Part shown: piece by piece, positions 28,501 through 37,928 of the stretch
Numbering within the stretch: position 1 is the stretch's first letter
Layout: the number at the start of each line of letters is the position of its first letter
From: Arcobacteraceae bacterium
Lineage (GTDB): Bacteria; Campylobacterota; Campylobacteria; Campylobacterales; Arcobacteraceae
NCBI GenBank assembly: GCA_965224485.1
Contig: CBDCZH010000024.1
Coordinates: 1-38,845 of the forward strand
Length of the DNA: 38,845 nucleotides
Reading direction: 5' to 3'
Notes under the pieces: model-generated
The model's database searches: none
Seen by the model: only the letters and a program-made list of their open reading frames with translations
Told to the model about the DNA's origin: nothing
Position numbers and translations under genes: made by a program

Positions 28501-29046
28501 TCCCCTTAAAGCTTTTATTGTCCCTTCATTTGAAACTTTATTTGCTATAAAACTTGCATATCCTTTATCCGATATAGATATTTCACCAAGATTTATGATA
28601 GTTTCACTAGAATTACCTTTAAAGTTATAATTTCCTGCTTGAAAGTTTTGATCACTTATATTCTTAGTACTAGCTAATAATCCTGCTGTATTAACTCTGG
28701 CATCTTTACCAAATAAAATACCATTAGAGTTTAAAATCCAAACTTGTCCTTTTGCATTTAAAGCCCCGTTTATAATACTTCTTTCATTTCCAATAACTCT
28801 ATTTAATGTAATAGAGTTTTTACTTATTTGATTGAAGTTTACTGTTTCACCTTTTTTTATATTAAAACTGTTCCAGTTTATAGAAGCTTTTGTGGTACTT
28901 TGATTTATATTAGTTACTAAACCATTTTGAGAAATACTAGCGCTTCCACTTGTAACAATACCACCGCTTGGAGAGGCATAAGTTATGCTTACACTTCCTA
29001 ATAAAGCAGCTGTTATTAGTGATATTTTAGGTTTTAATAATTTCAT
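25543..29046 (-). CDS. TpsA2, filamentous haemagglutinin-like exoprotein with GLUG repeats
   Basis: Same signal peptide and TPS domain as TpsA1; FDGLGHTISNL; multiple NSYATGSVSG..VGGLLG repeats; Pro/Glu/Lys-rich linker before the C-terminal domain. Confidence 0.93.
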   Translation of the reverse strand: MKLLKPKISLITAALLGSVSITYASPSGGIVTSGSASISQNGLVTNINQSTTKASINWNSFNIKKGETVNFNQISKNSITLNRVIGNERSIINGALNAKGQVWILNSNGILFGKDARVNTAGLLASTKNISDQNFQAGNYNFKGNSSETIINLGEISISDKGYASFIANKVSNEGTIKALRGSVRFVGAEEVSIKLNGNSIIDLRVKKGLLDALVENKGAIYSDAGEIYLSTYALNELLKGVVNNKGIIEANSLDGVSGYVELFAHGGEVKVGGTIKAEGGFIETSGKKFTIVEDVEIKADKWLIDPVNITIDDTLSNAIESALVSADVSITTDGGNTPNTSSSQSTGDGNIIVDSEITWNTAKTLTLSAARDIYINKDITANNDNGKLELHFGQDSVNINNTAKYHINAKVNLKAGDNFKTKIGNDVAVTNWRVITELGAQGSVSGTDLQGINLYLNINLPKNYVLGGDIDAAATFDWNSGSGFKSLGLDVYNFKVKFDGLGHTISNLTINRPDKDYIGLFSRISESTIQNITLVNSSIKGKEKVGAIAGYITITTITNANASGNVSGTNNTGGLVGYIHNIYDLDNNSSLDNSFFSGGSVSGSSNFGGLIGNFNDINKVENSFYNIDATKINEKTSIVTPYGLYDKQFTDWSQDKVLNISDYFTLNNGVYEISTIDNLKDILGFSSLSANNFKLINNLDLSSISNFYIPILKSNFDGNSKIISNLNIKLNNQYLGFFGYSNNVKITNLGLENISIEGNERIGGLLGYSYNSIIESSYTTGSVRGTNYIGGLTGLCKGSIKNSYATASVNGELYIGGIIGSLEFDSNVNLFLEGENESLIKNSYATGSVSGTEAVGGLLGDSYKGSITNSYATGSVSGSKNVGGLLGHSYKGSITNSYATGSVSGTNYVGGLLGNGHEGSITNSYATGSVSGSDDLGGLAGYVDSETIKNSFWNKETTGQITSEGSNDSYGKTTKELKNISTFNNFATPWDIVEDSSIKKGSPILSWQVGKSGVSKPLWLIGTNIEITPVIIKPEIEPKPKVKIEPNQEIEKIITSIVNKEAIKITLPKIQTTTPLNRGKNVNIAFLIGENKMIVSKPIEGQATTRISLSEAKQIQADALGIDNVDEVRVSLSRSSIIQLVDGGVSLPDGIEQEFYIADKKEGNIK
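26225..26530. repeat. 81-bp (27-aa) GLUG-type tandem coding repeats in tpsA2
   Basis: TTCCACTTACAGATCC begins at 26247, 26328, 26409 and 26490 (period 81). Confidence 0.93.
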
Positions 29047-29191
29047 TGTTTTCCTATCTTCTTTTATCTATATACTTTTATATTTATATTTAGATGTAGA
29101 TTTATACTTATATTAAAGTATAGTAATAAATAATTTCAAATGAATTTTAAAATAATTTTATTTTGAAACTATTTTGGTACTTTTAGATAAT
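28661..29191. repeat. Duplicated block copy B (tpsA2 5' end plus divergent promoter region)
   Basis: Matches copy A; net 32 bp longer between the two conserved sub-blocks (offset changes from 7490 to 7522). Confidence 0.95.
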
Positions 29192-29196
29192 ATAAT
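29165..29196 (+). promoter_or_regulatory. Putative promoter of the RR-HK operon: 11-bp-spaced imperfect repeat (GAAACTATTTT GGTACTTTTAG) and -10 TATAAT
   Basis: TATAAT at 29191-29196; AAGGAAG RBS before the ATG at 29220. Confidence 0.5.
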
Positions 29197-29219
29197 TCAA
29201 GCTTGAAGGAAGATCTACT

Positions 29220-29921
29220 ATGCAAGAAAACAAACTAATAATCTTAAAAGAATTAGTACTTTTATTGGTTGAAGATGATGAAAAACTACTTAAAAATTTA
29301 AAAATGACCTTATCTCTTTTTTTTAAAGATATTAAAACTGCAAATAATGGTTCTAGCGCACTTGAAATTTATAAAAAGAGTGAAATAGATGTGGTCATTA
29401 CTGATTATGTAATGCCTATAATGAGTGGATACGATTTATGTGCAGCTATTAGAGAAATTAATAAAAAAGTACCTATTCTTATAATGAGTAATTTTACAGA
29501 CCAAGAAAAACTTTTAAATGCTATACCTTTAAATCTTAGTGATTATTTAGTTAAACCTATAGAATATACAGTTTTAATACAATCCTTACTAAAAATAATA
29601 CAAAACATGGAAGAAAATAATCTTTTAAATGAAAATATTACAAATACTATTAAATATAATGTACTAACAAAAGTTTTGATAAATAATGATGAAATAATAA
29701 CTCTTACAAAAAGCGAAATAAAGATATTAGAACTTTTTATCAAAAATAAAAATAAGCTTGTAAACACTCATACAATTTCTTTATGTATAAATGAAAATGA
29801 TTATAAAAGTACTCAAGCAATAAAGAATATAATTCATAGGCTTCGTAAAAAACTAACTAAAGATAGTATTTTAAATATTCAAGGTTTAGGTTATATACTA
29901 AAAATTGAAGAAGAGATTTAA
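29220..29921 (+). CDS. OmpR-family response regulator
   Basis: LLVEDDE, VITDYVMP, YLVKP; winged helix LTKSE..IL, HRLRKKL, GLGYIL. Confidence 0.94.
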   Translation: MQENKLIILKELVLLLVEDDEKLLKNLKMTLSLFFKDIKTANNGSSALEIYKKSEIDVVITDYVMPIMSGYDLCAAIREINKKVPILIMSNFTDQEKLLNAIPLNLSDYLVKPIEYTVLIQSLLKIIQNMEENNLLNENITNTIKYNVLTKVLINNDEIITLTKSEIKILELFIKNKNKLVNTHTISLCINENDYKSTQAIKNIIHRLRKKLTKDSILNIQGLGYILKIEEEI

Positions 29922-29926
29922 ATAGA

Positions 29927-31801
29927 GTGCTTAAAGTTTTCTTTGTATTTGCCCTAACAATTAATTTATATTCTTCTAATATTTTAGATATAAGTGAAAA
30001 TTTTATAAAACAAAACTCTTTAGGTTATATTTATTTTATAGAAGATAGTAAAAATGAATTTACTTCAGAAGATATACTTCTTTTAAAAAATTTAAAACTT
30101 GCTAAAAAAATATATAGAGGTATTAGTAAAGGAGCTTTTTGGACAAAAATAGAGCTAAGAAATAGTTCAAAAGAGTTTCAAAACCTAGCTTTTTTTAACT
30201 CACTTGCAGGTACTAATAAAATAGATGTTTATATTTATAAAAATAATAAATTGATTAAAACTCATAAACTAGGAGATCTAAGAGAACAAAATCAAAGAGA
30301 AATTATAAGTAGATATTCAATGTTTAGATTAAAACTTGAAAAAAATGAAAATATTACAATTATTGCAAAAATAAAAAATTATCATTTACATAATATTGGT
30401 TGGACTATACAAAAAGATAGTTATTTTATACAAAATGAAACATATAAACTTTTCATATTTGGTATGCTTATGGGAATTGTAGTTCTTTTTGTTTTATATA
30501 ATATTTTGGCATATACAACATATAAAGAGTTTACTTTTTTTCTTATTGCTTTAAATATTGTAGTTTCCTCTATTTATCTTTATAGTTTTAATGGTGTTTT
30601 ATATTTTCTTGATTTAGGAATAAACTTAGAAATTATTACAAGTATCACATGGAATCTTTCAAACTTTTCATTAATACTATTGATGCTCTTTCCTTTATAT
30701 TTTTTTAACATGAAAGAAAGATATGTAAAACTTTCTTATGTTTTAAAAGTTATGATTGCCATGCATCTTCTTATAACTATGATTGTTTTATATGCCCAAT
30801 ATGTTGATGAAAAATATTTTTCTATATTTAATGTTCTTTTTTTCTTTATAATATTTAATATTTTATTTTTGTTTTGTATGTCTGCATATATGTATTTTAA
30901 AAAGGAATCTGGATCATCATACTACTTTTTTGGACAAGGAATTTTGTTTGTAGGTATGACTTGTCATGCCTCAAATCTTTTTGGACTAATTTCTTATAAT
31001 GAAATCAATAAATATTTTTATCCTATAGGTATTACTATAGATTTATTTTTTATGACCTTAGTGCAGTTTCAAAAAACAAAAAACAAATTATTAGAATTAA
31101 AAAAGAAAAAAGAACATCTTTTAGAGCAATCAAGATTTAGCTCAATGGGACAAGCTATTGGACATATTACTCATCAATGGAAACATCCCTTGACTAATCT
31201 AGGGACCTCTCTTACTTTATTAGAATCAATATATCGTAACAAGCAAGAAACCTTATTAGAACATTTTGAAGAACAACTGCCTTCTTTAAAAAATGATATT
31301 AATTTTATGAAAAATATTATTGATGAGTTTTCATCATTTTATTCATCAAAAGTTATAAAAAATAATTTTTCACCAAAAGAATCAATAAAAAATATTAAAA
31401 AAATGATTAATTCAAAAATACTCTTAAAAAATACACAAATAGAAATTAAAACAAAAAACATAGAATATATCTATGGTTTTGAACATATATTTTCTAATAT
31501 AATGCTTATATTAATTGATAATTCCTTAGATGAATTTACTAATGCTAAGAATAATAAAATTACTATTAATATTGAAAAGATAAAAGATGCTTATAAGATA
31601 GAGTATCAAGATAACGCAGGTGGCATTAAAATAAAACCTATAGATAAGATTTTTGAATATAGTATCAGTAGTAAAATAAATAAAGAAAATTCAGGAACTG
31701 GTTTGCCTATTCTTAAAATGTTAGTAGAAGATAGACTAGAAGGTTATATAAATGTTGAAAATACCAAAAATGGAGTTTTTTTCAAAATTTATATTTCCTA
31801 G
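29927..31801 (+). CDS. Sensor histidine kinase with 7TM-DISM extracellular and 7TM domains
   Basis: GTG start; periplasmic AFWTKIEL...IDVY domain, about seven hydrophobic segments, H-box GHITHQWKHPL, N-box LIDNSLD, DNAGG, GTGL. Confidence 0.88.
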   Translation: MLKVFFVFALTINLYSSNILDISENFIKQNSLGYIYFIEDSKNEFTSEDILLLKNLKLAKKIYRGISKGAFWTKIELRNSSKEFQNLAFFNSLAGTNKIDVYIYKNNKLIKTHKLGDLREQNQREIISRYSMFRLKLEKNENITIIAKIKNYHLHNIGWTIQKDSYFIQNETYKLFIFGMLMGIVVLFVLYNILAYTTYKEFTFFLIALNIVVSSIYLYSFNGVLYFLDLGINLEIITSITWNLSNFSLILLMLFPLYFFNMKERYVKLSYVLKVMIAMHLLITMIVLYAQYVDEKYFSIFNVLFFFIIFNILFLFCMSAYMYFKKESGSSYYFFGQGILFVGMTCHASNLFGLISYNEINKYFYPIGITIDLFFMTLVQFQKTKNKLLELKKKKEHLLEQSRFSSMGQAIGHITHQWKHPLTNLGTSLTLLESIYRNKQETLLEHFEEQLPSLKNDINFMKNIIDEFSSFYSSKVIKNNFSPKESIKNIKKMINSKILLKNTQIEIKTKNIEYIYGFEHIFSNIMLILIDNSLDEFTNAKNNKITINIEKIKDAYKIEYQDNAGGIKIKPIDKIFEYSISSKINKENSGTGLPILKMLVEDRLEGYINVENTKNGVFFKIYIS

Positions 31802-31833
31802 TTTAGTCTAAAGAAGTAAATGGTTTTCTATTA

Positions 31834-31851
31834 GGTAACCATAGTGGTTAC
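31834..31851. repeat. Right copy of 18-bp direct repeat (short hairpin between convergent HK and pirin genes)
   Basis: GGTAACCATAGTGGTTAC. Confidence 0.8.
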
Positions 31852-31868
31852 ACTTATTTAAAAATTAA

Positions 31869-32573
31869 TTAACTTTGTGACATTTCAATAAACAAAAAAT
31901 GAGACTCTTGTAAAGCTTTTATCTCTAAAAACTTTTCTTCCTTAATCTCAAGGGCATCCCCATCATTTAAGCTAATATTATTAACTAAAGAAGAACCTTC
32001 TATTTGTACAAAGTAAACCTGTCTTTTTTCTTTTATTTCATATTCTAAGACTTTATCTTTATCTAGTTGACTTACAAACATATTTACATCTTGATGAATC
32101 TTTATTTTAGCATCTCCTTTTTGTGAAGAGACTATCTTTAATAAGGTATTTTTTCTTTCTTCTTCTTTATAGTTTTCTTGGCCATATAACCTTGGTAATG
32201 ACTCTTTTGGTGGTACTATCCAAATTTGTAATAGTCTTATTGTCTCTGACTCGTGTTTATTATGTTCACTGTGAGATATTCCATCTCCTGCTGAGAGATA
32301 TTGAACCTGACCTCTTTTTACTACTTCTTCATTGCCCATAGAATCTTTATGAGAAATTTCACCATTTACGACATAAGATATAATCTCCATATTTTGGTGT
32401 GGGTGTGTATCAAACCCAGTTTTTGCCTGTATTAAATCATCATTAAGTACACGTAAAACTCCAAAATTGATATTTTCATAATTTCTATATTGTGCAAATG
32501 AGAAATGAAACCTACTTTTAAGCCATCCAAGATTAGATGTACCCATATTTTCCTTCGATAATTTTTTGAACAT
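31869..32573 (-). CDS. Pirin-family (YhhW-like) protein
   Basis: GWLKSRFHFSFA, FGVLRVLNDD, GFDTHPHQNMEI, HKDSMGN, SAGDGISHSEHN, LQIWI. Confidence 0.95.
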   Translation of the reverse strand: MFKKLSKENMGTSNLGWLKSRFHFSFAQYRNYENINFGVLRVLNDDLIQAKTGFDTHPHQNMEIISYVVNGEISHKDSMGNEEVVKRGQVQYLSAGDGISHSEHNKHESETIRLLQIWIVPPKESLPRLYGQENYKEEERKNTLLKIVSSQKGDAKIKIHQDVNMFVSQLDKDKVLEYEIKEKRQVYFVQIEGSSLVNNISLNDGDALEIKEEKFLEIKALQESHFLFIEMSQS

Positions 32574-32584
32574 TTTTTCTCCTT

Positions 32585-33085
32585 TTATTTACTTACGCTA
32601 AGAAATTGATCTAATATTTTTTTTAAACTTCCATCTTCTATAGGTTTTTGATAGGTAGAAATTATTTCTCTAGGCATTACAAATGAACCTAAACGTGTAA
32701 ATTGATTTCTCATGGCCAAACTTACATCACTTCCTCCACCTCCTGCATGAACTGCTAGTTGGATATATTTTAGAGTAAATACTTTTCTAAAATCATCATC
32801 TGCTCTTGAAATCCATGCAATATAATTACTAAGAACTGGAGGAATAGAAAAATTATACTCAGGCGAAACAAATATATATGCTTTTGCTTCTTGCATTTTA
32901 GAAATTAAAGAATTAATACCCTTTGGTATTCCGTCTTTTTCCTCTTTTAAAGAGTCATACATAGGAAGATTTAGCTCAACTAGGTTAATTATTTCACTAT
33001 TTTTACCTTTATTTTTTAATTCTACTTGTAGTTTTTTTGCTAATTTCATATTTTCATTTAAACTTGATACAAATATTAAATACAT
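32585..33085 (-). CDS. NADPH-dependent FMN reductase family protein
   Basis: LPMYD and FVSPEYNFSIPPVLSNYIAWISR flavodoxin-fold motif. Confidence 0.9.
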   Translation of the reverse strand: MYLIFVSSLNENMKLAKKLQVELKNKGKNSEIINLVELNLPMYDSLKEEKDGIPKGINSLISKMQEAKAYIFVSPEYNFSIPPVLSNYIAWISRADDDFRKVFTLKYIQLAVHAGGGGSDVSLAMRNQFTRLGSFVMPREIISTYQKPIEDGSLKKILDQFLSVSK

Positions 33086-33114
33086 TTTTTATCCTTTTCT
33101 AATAAATTACTTTT

Positions 33115-33132
33115 TATTACTAGTTAGTACTA
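33115..33132. promoter_or_regulatory. Second putative MarR operator upstream of the FMN reductase
   Basis: TATTACTAGTTAGTACTA, 15/18 match to the core of the 33622-33643 palindrome. Confidence 0.6.
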
Positions 33133-33151
33133 TTTATATAAAAAAAAGCTA

Positions 33152-33601
33152 CTATTTTTTATATACTTTTTTTAATAAACTATATAAAGTCTCAAGCTCT
33201 TTTTCATCTAGTACATCCATATACTCATTTATGTTTTTTGCATGTTGTGGAAAAATCTTTTTTATAATTTTTTCTCCTTTAGCACTTAAACTTAAGATAT
33301 TTGCTCTTTTATCATCTTGATTGCATAGAGATATTATTAAATTATCTCGTTTTAAGTTCTTTATTACTACTGTTATATTTCCTGGTGTACTTAATGTAAG
33401 TTTTGTAATTGCACTTATATTTAAATTACCTCGATGATATAAGACTTCTAAGACTTTAAACTGACTTATTGTTAGTTTATGTTCTTTAAAATATTCTAAC
33501 TCTTTTTTAGAAAAACGATCATGAGTTTTGATAACTTGCATCCAAGTTTTCATCGCTAAATCTGTTTTTTTCCCATAAGATATTAAACTAACTTTATTCA
33601 T
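33152..33601 (-). CDS. MarR-family transcriptional regulator
   Basis: LTISQFKVLEVLYHRG, GNITVVIKNL, DKRA...LSAKG. Confidence 0.93.
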   Translation of the reverse strand: MNKVSLISYGKKTDLAMKTWMQVIKTHDRFSKKELEYFKEHKLTISQFKVLEVLYHRGNLNISAITKLTLSTPGNITVVIKNLKRDNLIISLCNQDDKRANILSLSAKGEKIIKKIFPQHAKNINEYMDVLDEKELETLYSLLKKVYKK

Positions 33602-33619
33602 AAAGTACTCCTAAATAAG

Positions 33620-33649
33620 AGTATACTACTAATTAGTAGTATATGTCAA
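33620..33649 (-). promoter_or_regulatory. marR promoter (TTGACA-N18-TATACT) with a perfect 22-bp palindromic operator filling the spacer
   Basis: TATACTACTAATTAGTAGTATA at 33622-33643; TGTCAA at 33644-33649; AGTATA at 33620-33625. Confidence 0.8.
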
Positions 33650-33744
33650 TGATAAAAAATGTAAAAGCATATATTTTAAAATATTTACTTATTAATAGTG
33701 ATAAATAGGGAGTTCTAATTTGTAAGTATCTTTTAGTATAAATT

Positions 33745-33769
33745 AAAAAAGTGAGCTAAATGCTCACTT
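33745..33769 (-). terminator. Intrinsic terminator of the lysine-rich gene
   Basis: AAGTGAGC-TAAAT-GCTCACTT hairpin ending in a T-run on the - strand. Confidence 0.75.
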
Positions 33770-33775
33770 CTTTAA

Positions 33776-33961
33776 TTAAGCAGCTTTTTTAACTAATTTT
33801 TTTGCAACTTTTTTTGCAACTTTAGCTTTTGAAAGTTTTAGTTTGATAACTTTTTTAGCAACTTTCTTACTTAATGCTTTAACTTCTTTTTTCTTAACAA
33901 CTTTTTTAACAGCTTTTAATACTATTTTCTTAAGTTTTTTTTCTTTTAATTCTTTTGACAT
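33776..33961 (-). CDS. Small lysine-rich, histone H1-like basic protein
   Basis: 61 aa with 27 Lys; KKVAKK repeats; AAGGGA RBS and its own terminator. Confidence 0.75.
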   Translation of the reverse strand: MSKELKEKKLKKIVLKAVKKVVKKKEVKALSKKVAKKVIKLKLSKAKVAKKVAKKLVKKAA

Positions 33962-34160
33962 GATATCCCTTTTTTTATGTGTTATAGATATTACTTATAT
34001 ATAAAAGTAATATAATATGGTGATTATACACATTTTTTTATAATTTGTCAAGGCTTTTACTTATAAAGATTATTAATACTTTACTTAACCAATACGTAAT
34101 ATATATTTGGATAAAATATTACGCTTTATGTAAAGCATATACACATAAAAGGAATTTAAT

Positions 34161-35269
34161 ATGTTATTAACTCCAGGACCAACTCCTGTACCTGAGTTTG
34201 TAAGAACTGCAATGAGTGATGTAACTATTCATCACCGAACACCCGAGTTTGAAAAAATATTTGAAGAAACAAGAACTCTATTATTAGAAATTTTTGATAT
34301 GCCTGAGGCTGTAATGTTAGCAAGTAGTGGCACTGGTGCGATGGAAGCTTGTATTACAAATTTAACGCATAAAAAAGCTTTAACTATAAATTCTGGAAAA
34401 TTTGGTGAAAGATTTGGAAAAATCTGCCAAGCCTTTGATATACCATTTCGCGAACTTAAAAACGAATGGAATACTCCTGTTAGTGTAGATGCTGTAATTA
34501 AAGCAATTAAAGAAGATGAGCAAATTGATGCAATATTTCTTCAAATTTGTGAAAGTGCTGGTGGATTAAGACATCCCTATGAAGAAATAGCTCGTGAAGT
34601 TAAAAAAATCAATAAAGATATTATGATAATCGCAGATGGTATAACCGCTGTTGGAGTTGAAAAAATTGATACAAAAAATATAGATGCTTTAATCGCAGGA
34701 AGTCAAAAAGCTCTAATGCTTCCTCCTGGTCTTTCAATGATTGGTTTTTCTTCTGCTGCTTTAGATAAAATAAATAAAAAACCAGCAGGTTATTATTTTG
34801 ACCTTTCTAGTGAAATTAAAAAACAAAGAATGAATACAACAGCTTATACAGCAGCAACTACCTTGATTATTGGTTTAAGAGAAATATTAAGTTTTATAAA
34901 AAATAATGGTGGATTTGAAGACTTATATGGGAAAACAGCTTTAAGAGCAAGAGCTACAAGAGAAGCATTAAAAAAGATTTCTTGTGTAATTTATCCTAAA
35001 ACTCCCGCAAATGCGATGACAACAATTTTTAATGAAAACTCTCCTGCAATTAGAAAAATTTTAAAAACAAAATATAATGTAAATATTGCAGGTGGACAAG
35101 ATCATGTAAAAACATCAATCTTTAGAATAAATCATATGGGTTTAGTTGAAGATTATGAAGCCGCTTGGGTTGTAAACGCGATAGAGTTGGCTTTAGATGA
35201 ATTAAAAATAAGAGAATATGATGGAAGTGCAAATAAAATATTTGCCCAAATCATGTTTAAAGGAAAATA

Positions 35270-35270
<1 letters not shown>
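34161..35270 (+). CDS. Class V PLP aminotransferase (alanine-glyoxylate/serine-pyruvate family)
   Basis: LLTPGPTPVP, HHRTPEF, SSGTGAME, GSQKALMLPPG (PLP Lys), FRINHMG. Confidence 0.92.
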
Positions 35271-37370
<2,100 letters not shown>

Positions 37371-37375
37371 TTATT

Positions 37376-37927
37376 ATGAGAATGAAGTTAAATCACACAA
37401 AATATATCTCTAGAAGAATTGCAAGAGATTTAAGTACTTGTGAATTTGTAGAAAACAGAAAAACAAAAGATGAAATTGCAAGTGAAATTGATAGAATTTT
37501 AATTGCTGATCTTAATAAAGAATATGACTTAGATGAAAAAGTAGCTGATATGTTAGATGAGCAAGAAGAAGAAATAGAATTCTTGCATGCTGATTATAGA
37601 CAGTTATTTTGGATGACTAAAAAAAGACTTGCAAATGAGTTTGATGTTATTTTAAATAACGAAGATAGATTCACCGATATTGCACATCAAATTTTAGACT
37701 ATTTATGGGAAGAAGATTTTATTCATTATATTGTTTCTGATAATAAAGTTAAAAATATAATTTTTGCTTCTATTGATGACTTCTTAAAAGGTTTTGAAGA
37801 AGCTGATGGGGAAGTTTATGAAAAAATTAAAAATTATAAACGTAAACTTATTCCAGGAACAGATGATTATGCAATAATCTATGAAAGATTATATGAAGAA
37901 GAGTTGATAAAAAGAGGGTTGATTTAA
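37376..37927 (+). CDS. DUF507-family protein
   Basis: Acidic helical protein (MRMKL..., YKRKLIPGTDDY...YEEE) in the purA-carA context typical of Campylobacterota. Confidence 0.75.
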   Translation: MRMKLNHTKYISRRIARDLSTCEFVENRKTKDEIASEIDRILIADLNKEYDLDEKVADMLDEQEEEIEFLHADYRQLFWMTKKRLANEFDVILNNEDRFTDIAHQILDYLWEEDFIHYIVSDNKVKNIIFASIDDFLKGFEEADGEVYEKIKNYKRKLIPGTDDYAIIYERLYEEELIKRGLI

Positions 37928-37928
37928 T

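Noticed and set aside
17873..29046. CDI (CdiA/CdiI) toxin system interpretation
   Set aside because: TpsAs are only ~1200 aa, lack VENN-type pre-toxin motifs, have conserved rather than polymorphic C-termini, and no small immunity genes follow.
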